Part shown: one piece after another, positions 13,521 to 25,415 of the stretch
Position numbering within the stretch: position 1 is the first letter of the stretch
Layout: every line of letters begins with the position of its first letter
From: Tubulanus polymorphus
Lineage: Eukaryota; Animalia; Nemertea
Direction of reading: 5' to 3'
Length of the DNA stretch: 64,000 nt
NCBI RefSeq assembly: GCF_964204645.1
Contig: NC_134036.1
Span: forward strand, 3,348,001-3,412,000
Notes under the pieces: generated by a model
The model's input: only the letters and a program-made list of their open reading frames with translations
Databases searched by the model: none
What the model was told of the DNA's origin: nothing
Made by a program: the position numbers and the translations under genes

Positions 13521-16500
13521 ATGAAACATCGGTTTGATTCGTTGATCGAGGCGTTCATCCTGTTCGCTGTTATCGCTCGTAAGTTGCATTAGATCCTGAT
13601 TTCTGAACTGAATTCAATTCAATCAAGAATTTATTACATTTTGACAGCTGTTTGAATATTATGAATATGAAAGTGAAATGGCTATTGCGCTGTAATTATG
13701 GATTTGTTCATCCTCGCTTGCCGGGGTTCGATTGCCTCCAGCTGAAGCTCATGCACAAACCCTGGGGCCTGGCTGCAGTTCCTATGTATGAAGCCAATTT
13801 AATCTAGTTTTGGTGTGAGCTTCAGTGGGAGGTAATCAAGCCCCTGGCAAGTGAGGATGGGATTGGTTAGGAGGAAGCATAAAAACTTGACGGTAGCTTA
13901 TAACGTTAATACGCGGTGATGCGGTGTATTACCAAAGTCTATCGCTGATTTATCGGCCGCACTGACGCAATGAAAGGGTTAGAATCTGCTGACGATAGGC
14001 CTATATCTGAATCTGTAGACTTGATTGATATCGAATATATAAACTGATATTCGGATGGTTTTATTTTATCGCAGTGCGTTATTGCGCCGTGCAGTCGAAT
14101 AGTTGTCAGGCGTTCGATCGGATTGTTTGGAGACTTAATAATCAAACCGATATCGAAATACACTGCATCAAATTACCACCCGTCAATAACCAATGTCTCG
14201 GCATCAAATGCTACGGAATATACGCGCCAGCCCTGGTAAGTGAACGTATTAAACTCGCTCAAACATTACCCCTAGAGTGCTGACTCTGAGGAGGAGGGAC
14301 AAAAAAAATATTGAAGCACACCAATGATCTTCGAATTATATACTAAATTGAAAACAAAACAGGAATAAAAGTGTTGTCCTAATGGTGAAAGTTTTGACCT
14401 GTTAATACAGTAGTAGGAGATAATATACATTATACCAAGGCTCCGGGGTCCTGGAACTTACGTGTTTCCATTATTGCTTAATAAACGTCTAAATACATCT
14501 GGATTCATTGAACACCATTCATTGAGTCATCCACCCTGAGCTAGGCCTGGTTTTTACCCCCTTGTCGTCACACATTTACTTGATCCGGCGTTATTTCTTT
14601 TCTATTCACAGATTCCCGGCAAGTTTCGAGTCGGTCGAATTCCGTTTTGCCTCCAGCTGTCGATCGCTCAATGTCTGAAAACCGGTCCAGGGTTAGAGGT
14701 GTACGTACACGCTCACAACACTACTGAACATCGTCTGGTGAACACCAGTTATCGAGCATTCCCCGTTGGAGGTACGTTTCAGGACCTACGCGTTTTAACG
14801 TCCAAGGACAGATCCCAGGGATTGATTAAAAACAAATAACTCATTACGAATACCCTGCAGTGCAGTGTACTAGCAAAGTCCATCACTGATTTATACACCG
14901 CGCGGCGGTGTGGGTGCACCGAAAGAGTTGAATTACGAGTATCATTACCAATCTGATGGTTTGTTACTTCATGTTTTACAGATCTGAAGTTTCCACTTTC
15001 GCCTATAATTCTTATTCAGCCGTATTTAGCCGTGAATGTGAAGAGACTGAGCCCGTCACCTGTCGGGCTCGATCGGATTCGAATCGGGGTGAGTATCTTT
15101 ATCGCGACAAGGACCTCGACCTTGATTCCTTAAAAACCCCTTCTTAACGCGAAATACTTTTAAAGGTGCTTAAAATGACTTTAATTTGAGCAATACACCT
15201 CGAACTCCTTTGAAACCCCTTCAATTTTAAGAAATAGGCAATAAGAAATATTTGTAGTTGTACAGTCAGTAAACTACGCCTGAATCGCTTCATTTGGGAC
15301 CAGGATTTCTTTTTACCCAATAAGGCGGCTACCGAATTAGAAACCAAGTTTAGGTCGCGATAGGATAGAACTTTGCTTACAAAACCACTCAACTTCCTTG
15401 AAATAAACAATTCCGATTTAGGAGGAGTCTACAGTAACTGGGATGTGGAAGAGATGCAGACGCTTCCTCAAATTATGAAACTTTCTCCCTCAGAGCTCCT
15501 TATATCCAGGAATGACCAATCTGTGGGGACCCTGAGACTGCCGCCGAAATCTCAAAGTACATGCGAATCATAACGGCCACAGGGCGGCTAAATTGATAAA
15601 TAACTTTTTCTATTTTGTATGCGAGTATAGATGGTTATGGAGCCGTACCAGACTGGCAAACTTCTACCGCTGCACGAATTCCTGCACGCGTACGACGAGG
15701 TTATCGTGCCGAATACGACCTTGACATTACCGGCGTGTACGCGGAGAGTGGCGAAGACGACGCCGACCCCGGTTACCCCGTGCCACAAGTGGACCAAGTG
15801 GCATTTACATTCCGATAAAGGTTCGTTTATATTAACGAGATTTAAGAGCTGTTTAATTGTTGTTTAATTGGTTCCGTAGTTGAGACTTAAGACCAAAAAT
15901 CTTAAGACTGGTCTTAAGTTGTAAAGGAACCAGGGGCCGGTTCCATAGACAGGGCTTAGACTTAAGACCATTCTAAGACTAACTTAATTCTATAGCCAAT
16001 CTAAGCCCTGTCTATGGAACCGGCCCCTGGTTCCTAAAGCCCGCTTCTCTGTGTGTTTCATGGACTTGCGAGTCCGTGAATGGGCTGGGATGATAACTTG
16101 CAATAACGTTTTGATTGTTGCATTGCATGACCTAGAATCTTTAGAATGTTTAATGCATAGAGGATTCTCTGAAAGGGTTAAACGTATTCAATCAAGCCTC
16201 TTTTGAACGCATGAGTGGAAAGAAAATTGCGCGCAAAACTAAATACAGAAATTCAAGGGCAAAGAGCCGTCCCTGATCATTGATGGCCACTCAGTTTGCT
16301 GTTGAGGCATCGAATTATTCTTAAGAATCTTTTACGCAATTAGTAAATATACATGTATGAAGATGCTATTTTATTTTCTCCGAACAGTTAAGACTAAGAA
16401 GGCGTGTCGAAATGATTTGAATTGCGGTATCAACGAGGAATGTAAAAAGGGACGTTGCGTTTGTAAGAACGGAACGTACTTGAAACCACGCACCGATCTG

Positions 16501-19312
16501 TGTTACGCCACTTTACCGCGTAAGTATCCTAGATTTCTATAGCCTGCACGCCACTCCCCTTAGATTCTATCAGCGCACTTTCAAAAACTGATCGTCCACA
16601 CTTCACATGTGTTCAGTAGCTTCATCTGAGACATTTCTAATTGAAAATGAACTACAAACACCAGATATTAGACATTCTATCGGCACACTTTCAAAAACTG
16701 ATCATCGATTTTTCATGTGATCAGTTCTTCACCCGAGACATTTTCAATTGCGAATGAACTACCAATACCAAACATTAGAACTTTCAAAAAACTGTTCCGC
16801 ACACTTTGCATGTGTTCAGTGCTTCACCTGAGGCATTTTCAATTGAAATTGAAAATGAACTACAAACACCAGACATTAGACATTTTATCAGACATTTTCC
16901 ATTTTCATCTTTCTATTCGTTGTATTGCAGTGAAACGGTGCCAAAAACACAGTCTAAGCGGAGCGCGGCGCCCGACGTGTGGCGTTAACGAGATATGTGG
17001 CGCCACCGGTCGCTGCTCGTGTATCGAAAGAGCCGTCTACGACACGAGTACCCGTCGGTGTAACACGTCGACGAACCCGTATCGCCCCCTACCCGTCCAA
17101 CCGGGAACCCATACGCACGAACACGGCGGCGGGGGTGGCAGCAGCGGCGGTCCCAGTCCGGTTCAACCTAACCGTCCAGCAACAGCGCAACAACAAGGAA
17201 ACGATAACAAACAGAGTAAGTAATGAGTTCAATACTTGACTGAATAATCTTCAATTTAATGGCCTGATGGCCTTACTTTTGATGATGCGTGTACGCGGTG
17301 ACACCTATTTCAGCCGGATAAGAACTATATTGAAAGCAGACAGTCTTCTGCTGATCAATAAACCCCTATGTACTGCGTAGTAGTGCGCTGTCCTGTATTA
17401 GCACACTTTTTCATTCGCAATGGTAAACAATAGAGAAAATTACCGTCCGATATTTTAGTGTCTATCGGTGATGTGTCTAATGGTTGGGTAACTTTTCACA
17501 ATATTTGATTTGTAAGTGTAACTATGCTAGCCACATGCACAGCCCAAAAATTGGGGTGATCAGAATCAAGATGACCGACTGGTAGCCATTTATGCTTGCT
17601 TTAAGCAATACGATTGGATATTTTTCAGGTTTTCATGAGATATATTTTTAATGGTTGGATCACTTTTCTCAATATTTGGTTTGTACGTGTAACTATGGTA
17701 GCCACATGTGCGGCCCAAAAATTTGGGTGATCGGAATCAAGATGGCCGACTGGCAACCATTTATGCTTGCCAAAAGCGATGCTTTCGCATATTTAACAGG
17801 TTTACATGTGAAATTTTTTAAATGCTTAGAATAATTCTCATAATTTTTGGTGTGTAAGTGTAAATATCCTAGCCACATGTGCAGCCCAAAAAATTGGGGT
17901 GATCAGAATCAAGATGGCCGACTGGCAGCCATTTATGCTTGCCAAAAGCAATACGATTGCATACTTTTTAGGTTTTCATGAGAAATTTTTATAATGGTTT
18001 CATCACTTTTCTCAATATTTGGTGTGTAAGTGTAACTATGCTAGCCACATGTGCAGCCCAAAGATTGAGGCGATCAGAATCAAGATGGCCGACTGGCAGC
18101 CATTTATGCTTGCCAAAAGTAATACTTTTGCATATTTATCAGGTTTTCATGTAAAATTTTCAAAATGCTTAAGACAATTCTCTTGATTTTTGGTGTGTAA
18201 GTGTAACTATGCTAGCCACATGTGCAGCCCAAAAAATTGGGGTGATCAGAATCAAGATGGCCGACTGGCAGCCATTTATGCTTGCCAAAAGCAATACGAT
18301 TGCATACTTTTTAGGTTTTCATGAGAAATTTTTATAATGGTTTCATCACTTTTCTCAATATTTGGTGTGTAAGTGTAACTATGCTAGCCACATGTGCAGC
18401 CCAAAGATTGAGGCGATCAGAATCAAGATGGCCGACTGGCAGCCATTTATGCTTGCCAAAAGTAATACTTTTGCATATTTATCAGGTTTTCATGTAAAAT
18501 TTTCAAAATGCTTAAGACAATTCTCTTGATTTTTGGTGTGTAAGTGTAACTATGCTAGCCACATGTGCAGCCCAAAAATTGAGGCGATCAGAATCAAGAT
18601 GGTCGACTGGCAGCCATTGATGCTTGTCAATGTCAATACGATTGCCTACTTTTTAGGTTTTCATGAGAAATTTTTATGATTGTTAGATCACTTTTCTCAA
18701 TATTTGGTTTGTACATGTAACTATCCTAGCCACATGGGTGACCCAAAAATTGGGATCATTGGAATCAAGATGGCCGATAGGCAGCCATTTATGCTTGCCA
18801 AAAGCAATACTTTTGCATATTTTTCTGTATATAATATTCAGTAGACAATCTAGAGATGTCTAACACTGAGCGAACACTGACGGCTTCACTTTTATTTGTG
18901 TACCAGCGAGTCCTGGATTCTGACATTTGTAACCAGGGCTTCACTGGGGCTTGAGTCCATCATTTTACTATAGTAGACTCAACCTCATTCGGTACCATTC
19001 GGATTATAGATATCTCACAGATCTGAGAATGGAGGATATTGAACGTTTTACCAAATAAATTTTCTCGATAGAATTCTCCGATTCAACTGTTATTGAATAA
19101 GGAGGAGTCTACTGTATCGTTGAGTTGTTTCGGAAATTTATAAAATAATTTCTTTCTTCTTTGCAGGGACGATAATTATAGCGTGCAGTTCTATCGCCGT
19201 GGTGATCGTATTAGCTGTGATAATTATTCCGGTTGTCGTGTATTGGCGGCGGCAGCGTCTGCGTTACGCCGACCACGACATTCTACTGACCAACGACGAG
19301 GAGATCATGTGA
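13521..19312 (+). CDS. Uncharacterised type-I membrane protein (~412 aa): signal peptide, Cys-containing N-terminal domain, two EB/EGF-like modules, TM helix, short tail
   Basis: Exons 13521-13578, 14075-14235, 14612-14771, 14982-15088, 15631-15820, 16388-16519, 16931-17215 and 19167-19312 splice in frame (GT-AG). Signal MKHRFDSLIEAFILFAVIAL. Modules CRNDLNCGINEECKKGRCVCKNGTYLKPRTDLC and CGVNEICGATGRCSCIERAVYDTSTRRC. TM IIIACSSIAVVIVLAVIIIPVVVYW. Tail RRQRLRYADHDILLTNDEEIM*. Confidence 0.88.
13709..13859. mobile_element. Small hairpin-type MITE
   Basis: Long imperfect inverted ends: catcctcgcttgccggggttcgattgcctccagctgaagctca ... tgagcttcagtgggaggtaatcaagcccctggcaagtgaggatg. Confidence 0.6.
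15135..15534. mobile_element. Diverged copy of the hAT-like MITE at 19339-19724
   Basis: Shares gggaccaggattt, aattagaaaccaagtttaggt, gcttacaaaaccac, ccgatttaggagg-gtctacagtaa and the terminal gggaccctg. Confidence 0.7.
15868..16035. repeat. Dispersed short repeat containing a perfect 36-bp inverted repeat (15925-15960 / 16000-16035)
   Basis: aggaaccaggggccggttccatagacagggcttaga and its exact reverse complement are separated by 39 bp. An unrearranged family member lies at ~35534-35672. Confidence 0.85.
16575..16900. repeat. ~105-bp tandem repeat (3 copies); dispersed relatives at ~35340-35520 and ~55000-55110
   Basis: ctttcaaaaactg...cttcacctgagacatttt-caattgaaaatgaactacaaacaccagacattaga is repeated. 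Confidence 0.75.
17490..18828. repeat. 171/172-bp satellite array (~8 monomers) with 343-bp dimeric higher-order structure, intronic
   Basis: gtgtaactatgctagccacatg anchors at 17516, 17687, 17858, 18030, 18201, 18373, 18544 and 18715. 17858-18200 and 18201-18543 are nearly identical. Confidence 0.95.
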
Positions 19313-19338
19313 TCATCGGTCAGTCTCTCGCGGTGTCA

Positions 19339-19724
19339 CAGGGTCCCTATATGACCTTCAAAACGGAAAATATTTTTAAAGCTGCTTGAAACTCCTTTGA
19401 GCAAAATGTCCAGAACTCCTTTAAAAATCTCAGTTTTGTCTAGTTTAATGTATGAACTACACCTCAATTGACATAGTTGGGACCAGGATTTTTTTTTACC
19501 CTAAGGTGGTTACCAAATTAGAAACCAAGTTTAGGTAGTGTATAGGATAAAATTTTGCTTACAAAACCACCGAATAACCGGTTTACTGAGATAGATAGAA
19601 CCGATTTAGGAGGTGTCTACAGTAATTGGGATATGAAAGTGATGCGAGCGCATCCTCGAAATTTCAAATTTTCTTATTTAAAACTCTGTATATATCCAAG
19701 AATGACTGATCCGTAGGGACCCTG
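19339..19724. mobile_element. hAT-like MITE
   Basis: Perfect 11-bp TIRs cagggtcccta / tagggaccctg. A second copy lies at ~15135-15534. No clear TSD. Confidence 0.7.
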
Positions 19725-22700
19725 GGTAACCCAATTAAAACCACAATATAGACAGGCGAACAACCATTCAAAAACAAAATGCAGATGCGAGACTTGATCT
19801 CTTCACTCGCGAATCATTGACTTAAATCAATACCCAAAGTGCTGGAGATAAGTTGAAATTTAAGAAAATTCCACTCCAGTGTGTTGAAAAACTGGTATAC
19901 CGCTATAGTGCGTCTACACCGCTGTGTGGTGTATCGATTTGAGATAAAAACTAGTTACCAATTACATCAATACATTACCAATTTATACACTGCACTGCGG
20001 TGTAGATGCACTGACTGGAATCTGAAGCAGACTGTTTCTTCACCGAGACAATACTCGAATTCCGAGGCAATCGGCAACTCATGAATTAGAGTTGGTAAAT
20101 ATTAGACATTTCCTCCACGCAGGGTTTGTAATAATCTGAGATGATTGGTTCCTTTGCAAGCACTGTTCGCCGTAGTTTCTCGGCCCCAAAACAGTCTCAG
20201 TCATATCTCAAATAGGAGATTATGTCCAGGCGCATGCTCTCCTTAGAAACATTTAGAAAATGATATTTCTCGTGAGGACAAAATTGTTGTCGATATTATA
20301 TTAAAAATTTTTCACATTAATTGATAGTTAAACTATTAATGCATAGAATATGTAGTTGGGAATACAATGCATTTGATTTGAAATAATTTTCTCTTTTGAG
20401 TTTTTGAAAATCATGAAAATGAAAAAGTTCGAATTTTGTATGAAAGTTATTTATTACAGAACTAAATGCATGAATGAATATACATTGTATTCAATAATAC
20501 CATTTATTAAACCAACGATTTAAACTCATTATTCGAAATAATTTTAACGCATTATTCCATTAATTGAATTTGTAAGTAATAATTTAACTGATGTTAATAA
20601 TAATCAATTATGTAAATTAGTCGATGAATATTCATATCTCTAACTGAACCATATCGATTGTAAGAATATCACGTTTATACTGTAGAATAACTCCTATAGT
20701 AGAATATTTTTACCAAGAAGTTGATGATCCAGTTAATTGAAAGTCTCAGTCAAATCTAAGTCTTGAGAGCAGTTGTCCCTCCATGAGTCAACTGGTGCTA
20801 GGTTTTAGACAGGGGTCTACTATACTGTGCTCTACAAATAGGGTATAGAGTAGTCCGAAATTTGAACATAGGGCGGGAACGTAAAGATCATTGAAAACAT
20901 GAATTCGAAAGACAATTTTTTCATTCCAAACTTGAATTTTTCACAAATTTTTTTATTGCCATGCAGGCGCATCATTTTTTTTCGAGTCTCGCCCTTGGTA
21001 GATTTAGAAATATTTCTTGTAAATATCTTTTCCTGCACTGTACAATAAAAAATGGCACCATTGAATACTGGGATTATATATATTTTACATTTTATCACGT
21101 AATATTCAGATTTACAATGTATTATTCGCTTGAAATGAAAAAATCTCAAAAACGGCTGTTAAAAAACTTTACTACTTTGGAATCTCGAAAAATTATTGCT
21201 TTTTTTGTTTTAAGTAATAAATCTCTTTGAAAGATCGGTGCAAGGAATTGTGCAAAGGTTCACTGCAATTTTTTTTTTAATGTTCGGACGAAACTCTTTG
21301 TTTTCGCGGTTCTTTTCATATGTATAAATGAATAAAGATTTATTGTTACGATTAAATGCTTGAAGATCGTTGTTCTCAGTGTTCTCTTCGGGAAGTTCAG
21401 TTTGTTTAATTCAATCGATTTTTGAATTTTTCTCTGAATAATTTGTCTTCTCTCTGAAACACTCCACTTGCACCCTGCGCTACCGTCGAACTAGTAGTCC
21501 CCGATATACCGCATGTTTCTGAGAAAGGAGCATCCGTATTATGCCCCAGCCTCTTAATAAACAGCATTCAAATTACTCAACTGGCCATGTTTCCAAGAAA
21601 AATTTAGCTTAGGAAATTTATATTTTTGAGATTTTTTATCGTTTTTACTTAGGGATAGTGTTTGGTGTCGGGAGTTGGTGTTGATGAAGTTCTGACTAAG
21701 ATATATCGTGAAAGGTAAAAACGGAAATTTTTATCAATGTTTTGGATGAATGATCTTTCTAAAATGTTAATGAATAATCAGTGTTGTGTTTTACTAATCT
21801 GCATTGGACAAGCAAAGTCGAGTTTTTGCTATAAGAATATAAAATTGTCGCCAAAAAAATGAAAATATCGTGGTGATAAACATCATTTATAATTCAGGAC
21901 TGATTCATAGTGTCATAGATTATTAGAATTGGGCACTACAGTTGCCCGTATTGTACGTAATAAGGAAATTTATACACCCGTGGTAAATATTTGCCAATAA
22001 TTTTGGTTCAGAGAAATTCCGCTATCGTTATTCCTAGCGGCAGCACTGGACGGTTGAGATCTAATGCAAATCTGATATTCTACTGTGGCATGTGAGGCAC
22101 AGGGATATTTTTCATAGCCAAATTTCATTCACCCCTCAACATTATCTTGCTTTAAATCAATATTTGTGCCAACGTGAAAGCTTGATTTAAGGGGAATCTA
22201 CTTTTGAAATTAACTTTCAAGCCACTTTTGATAGAACTCTTTTCTCAGCGAATGTATTCATTGTATTAGTATACCGTAAAGCTACAGATTCACATGCCAC
22301 AGGAAGCAAATTAAGTTTTATTGCCTTCACATGCCACAGGAAGAATTTAAAGCCAATTAAATTTTATTCCCCGAAGTTTTTCAAACCATTAAATTAAACA
22401 ATATTCTACTAACACAGAAGTTTGTACTTCTTGTTAGTTATTGCCAAGTGGTGATGCGTGTGCTTGGCTTCTGATTATTTGATCACAAATTAAGAAGGCT
22501 GTTACGAATATTAGTTAGATGACTTTCAAGTCCTAATGTGACACTTGTTGAAATTTCTCATGAATAGTAGGCACAGGGCCTTAGAATTTTTCCTAACAGT
22601 TGCACTTCATGCACTAAATCGTGAAATAGACCAATTTCCATATATTCTGCAAAATAGAATCCCAATTCCTCTACCAAATATACACGAAAACAAAAGCTAA

Positions 22701-22866
22701 TTTCTTTGGTAATATAGACTGAAATTTATTTTTCAGATATACGTAATTTACAGTATGATCCTATCGGAATTAAATGCTCAGATAATAATAAGTATCAGCA
22801 AGCTGCACTAGTGTGGTGGAGAATTAGAAACAGAATTGCTAGTAATTTACAGAAAAACTAGAAAAA

Positions 22867-25226
22867 TCACGAAGATTTCGTTGGCGTTCCATTGGTTCCT
22901 GATTTTTTCGCCGCGCCATCAGTCGCTGTTTTCTCAGTTACATCATCGGATACGCTCGACTTAGCGGCGTCTCCGGAGCAGGACACTCCTCCGGTTGAAC
23001 CGAATCCTCCGGCTCCGCGCTCCGTTTCCGGCAACTTCGTCTGAAAAATTCAAATAAATATACTTTATCGTTGTTTTTTTAGAAATACCGATAAAGGAGA
23101 GAAGCTTCCATCGTGACGTCGAAGGAGATGAAGTGAGTAAGAGGATAATGTTTTGAAGACGATTTGAAGACCTAGAAACACGCCATCTGGTGGTGCACCT
23201 TGAAAACTAATTGTATAGTAGAGATATGAACAAGTCCGTAAATCGTGCCAGTGTTACACGGCGGCCACTTTCCACCAATTTACAATTCTCGACTTTTTCC
23301 AATCATACAATAGAAAATTCCCTTAGTGAACCAGAGAAATTTTAGGTTTAGAATGTTTCACTGTATTCTTTCCTATGAAGAAAGTGATTGAGAAACACAT
23401 GGTCAATAGCATTATCCGAATTCCTTCAGTTTTCCTGGTTCTTTTGCAAAATCTTTCAAATTCCTCCAGGTTTTCGGTAAAATTTCTCATTCTATGATTT
23501 TTTTCTAGATCTATCCGATCCCCCGAGTTTTCTAGGTCAGTGATCGCCCTGTTGGACAGCGTGCAGTTTTTCGAGTAGACCCAGGTCAGTGACCACTATA
23601 AGAATCATTCATTAATTACGAACGCATTAAATTTGAATTTTTCAACCCCCCCTCCCCCTCTGTACACAAAATCAGCCATTTTTTCGTATACATTAAGCAT
23701 TACAGTACGTAATTACACCCGAATGCGTACATAATAAATGAATGACCCCCTATTTGTTTGTTTAAAGCACACGTTACCTCTGACTCGACGATGTCCGGTA
23801 TATAGATACGTTCGAGTATCAGCTGCGCGACGCGATCGCCGCGTTTTATCGAGAACGACTTCGAGTTGTGGTTGAACAGAACGACGCCGACGTTGCCGCG
23901 ATAATCCTGATCTATCACACCGGCTGAAATATTTAGACAACGAATTCAATCGAGAGATTGGGAAAATTCTCATCAAATTCTGGGCGACCACTTTCAGCTC
24001 GTTTACAAATCCCCACCACCTTCAACTTGTAGGATCAGAGAAATTTCTAGAATTAAGAAATAAGAATAAGTTAGAGAATATTCCTGATATAGGGTGATTT
24101 TTCCATGTTTAAAATGCTACTTAAATTCATTCATTTTTCATTGAATCAACTATAAAGAAACACGTGGTTAATAGCATTATCTGAATTCCCCAAGTTCTGG
24201 TAAAAATTTGTCAAATTCCCTGAGTTTTTTCTAGATTTCTCAGATCCTCCAAGTTTTCCAGCCATCAGTGGCGCCCCCCGGGTATGCCTCAGCCACAAAA
24301 TATCTGGACCCGGGAATGAACGCTGCTCAGAGGACTATACTTAAACGCACCTCCGACGTCGATGTGGTGTTTCCAGGCGAGTCCCGATCTCGGAGCGACG
24401 CGACCGTAGCATCCGTCCGGTAACGCGATTTGAATATCGGTCATCGCGCAGACTTTCCCATTCGCTTCGATCGTGTAATCATGAGCGCTGAAAACGTAGT
24501 TAAAACACGCGATGACGTTAAGTCTTCATTTCGGGGGCGAAATCAAGATACGCGCGAAAGCGAGATTTCGGAGGAAAAACCTTCCGTTTATAAACGAACC
24601 TGCACAAATCCAAACCAGCAGCGAACTTGGAACCTCGAACTGGCGCCAGTGCGTGCTCCGACAGTTTATGGTATAACAGTTTGATCCGGTTTGGCGTCGT
24701 CACAGACTCTGAAACCAAAAACAACGCAATGAACAGGGATTAATTAGTTAAGATAACTAACAACGATCACAAAAAGTACAAAGCAAGGGCTTTGAAAATT
24801 TTTCACCGATCAGCTCTAGTACAGTGCAGCATTCGCCATTCACATACAAAACAAAAGGCGACAATTTTTCGCCAGCTGGTGCGGGTGTGGCGGTGGGGAT
24901 GAAAATTTGTTCAGACAAAATTCCCATTTTAAATGTACGAAACACATGCGCTTACCTTCCATTGCTACATCAGTTTGTTCTTGCACTTGTGAAGGCATGA
25001 TTTCAGCTCTTTTCGCCGGCTGTTCCTCTTCGTGATTCGATTTATCCAGTGATGAATTCATTGACATTGATAAATTTGATGCTTTTCGAATTTTCGCGCG
25101 CCCTGCTGGTTGGTGACTACGCGCCAAGGTCAGCGTGGAGCCGATACTCGGTGACTGAGATCGCGTAGTTATCCGAGACATCGCCGCTGTTAGAACCCGA
25201 ATCCCTCCCGTGATCCTGAATGTCAT
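22867..25226 (-). CDS. DUT: Deoxyuridine 5'-triphosphate nucleotidohydrolase (trimeric dUTPase)
   Basis: Exons 25226-24956, 24708-24600, 24487-24351, 23923-23778 and 23040-22867 are in phase. All five motifs are present: [49 protein letters not shown]. Confidence 0.97.
23390..23552. mobile_element. Copy of a dispersed CAGGGTGGCCAC-type short repeat/MITE (other copies ~24155-24280, ~28790-28915, ~35100-35288)
   Basis: Shared agaaacac-tggt-aatagcattat-cgaattcc...tttttctagat...cagtgg/atcgccctg between 23390-23552 and 24155-24280. Reverse-orientation relatives occur elsewhere. Confidence 0.55.
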
Positions 25227-25415
25227 GCTAACAAAACAAATCGGCGATATCAACAGACCCTATTCGAGGATCTGAGTAGAAGATCTGACCCTGAAACTGT
25301 TTAAAAACCGCCGAAATCCGAGAGATTTAATAACATTTCTGGGTCTACCTTTCTCAAGGTCGTAGAGCCACTAACCCTCTGTCCCTTGTTTGTTTGCTAT
25401 TTCGCCCGATTTAAA

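Noticed and set aside
17490-18828. Alpha-satellite/centromere identity
   Set aside because: The 171-bp length is coincidental. It is a short intronic array with no alphoid similarity or CENP-B box that I could see.
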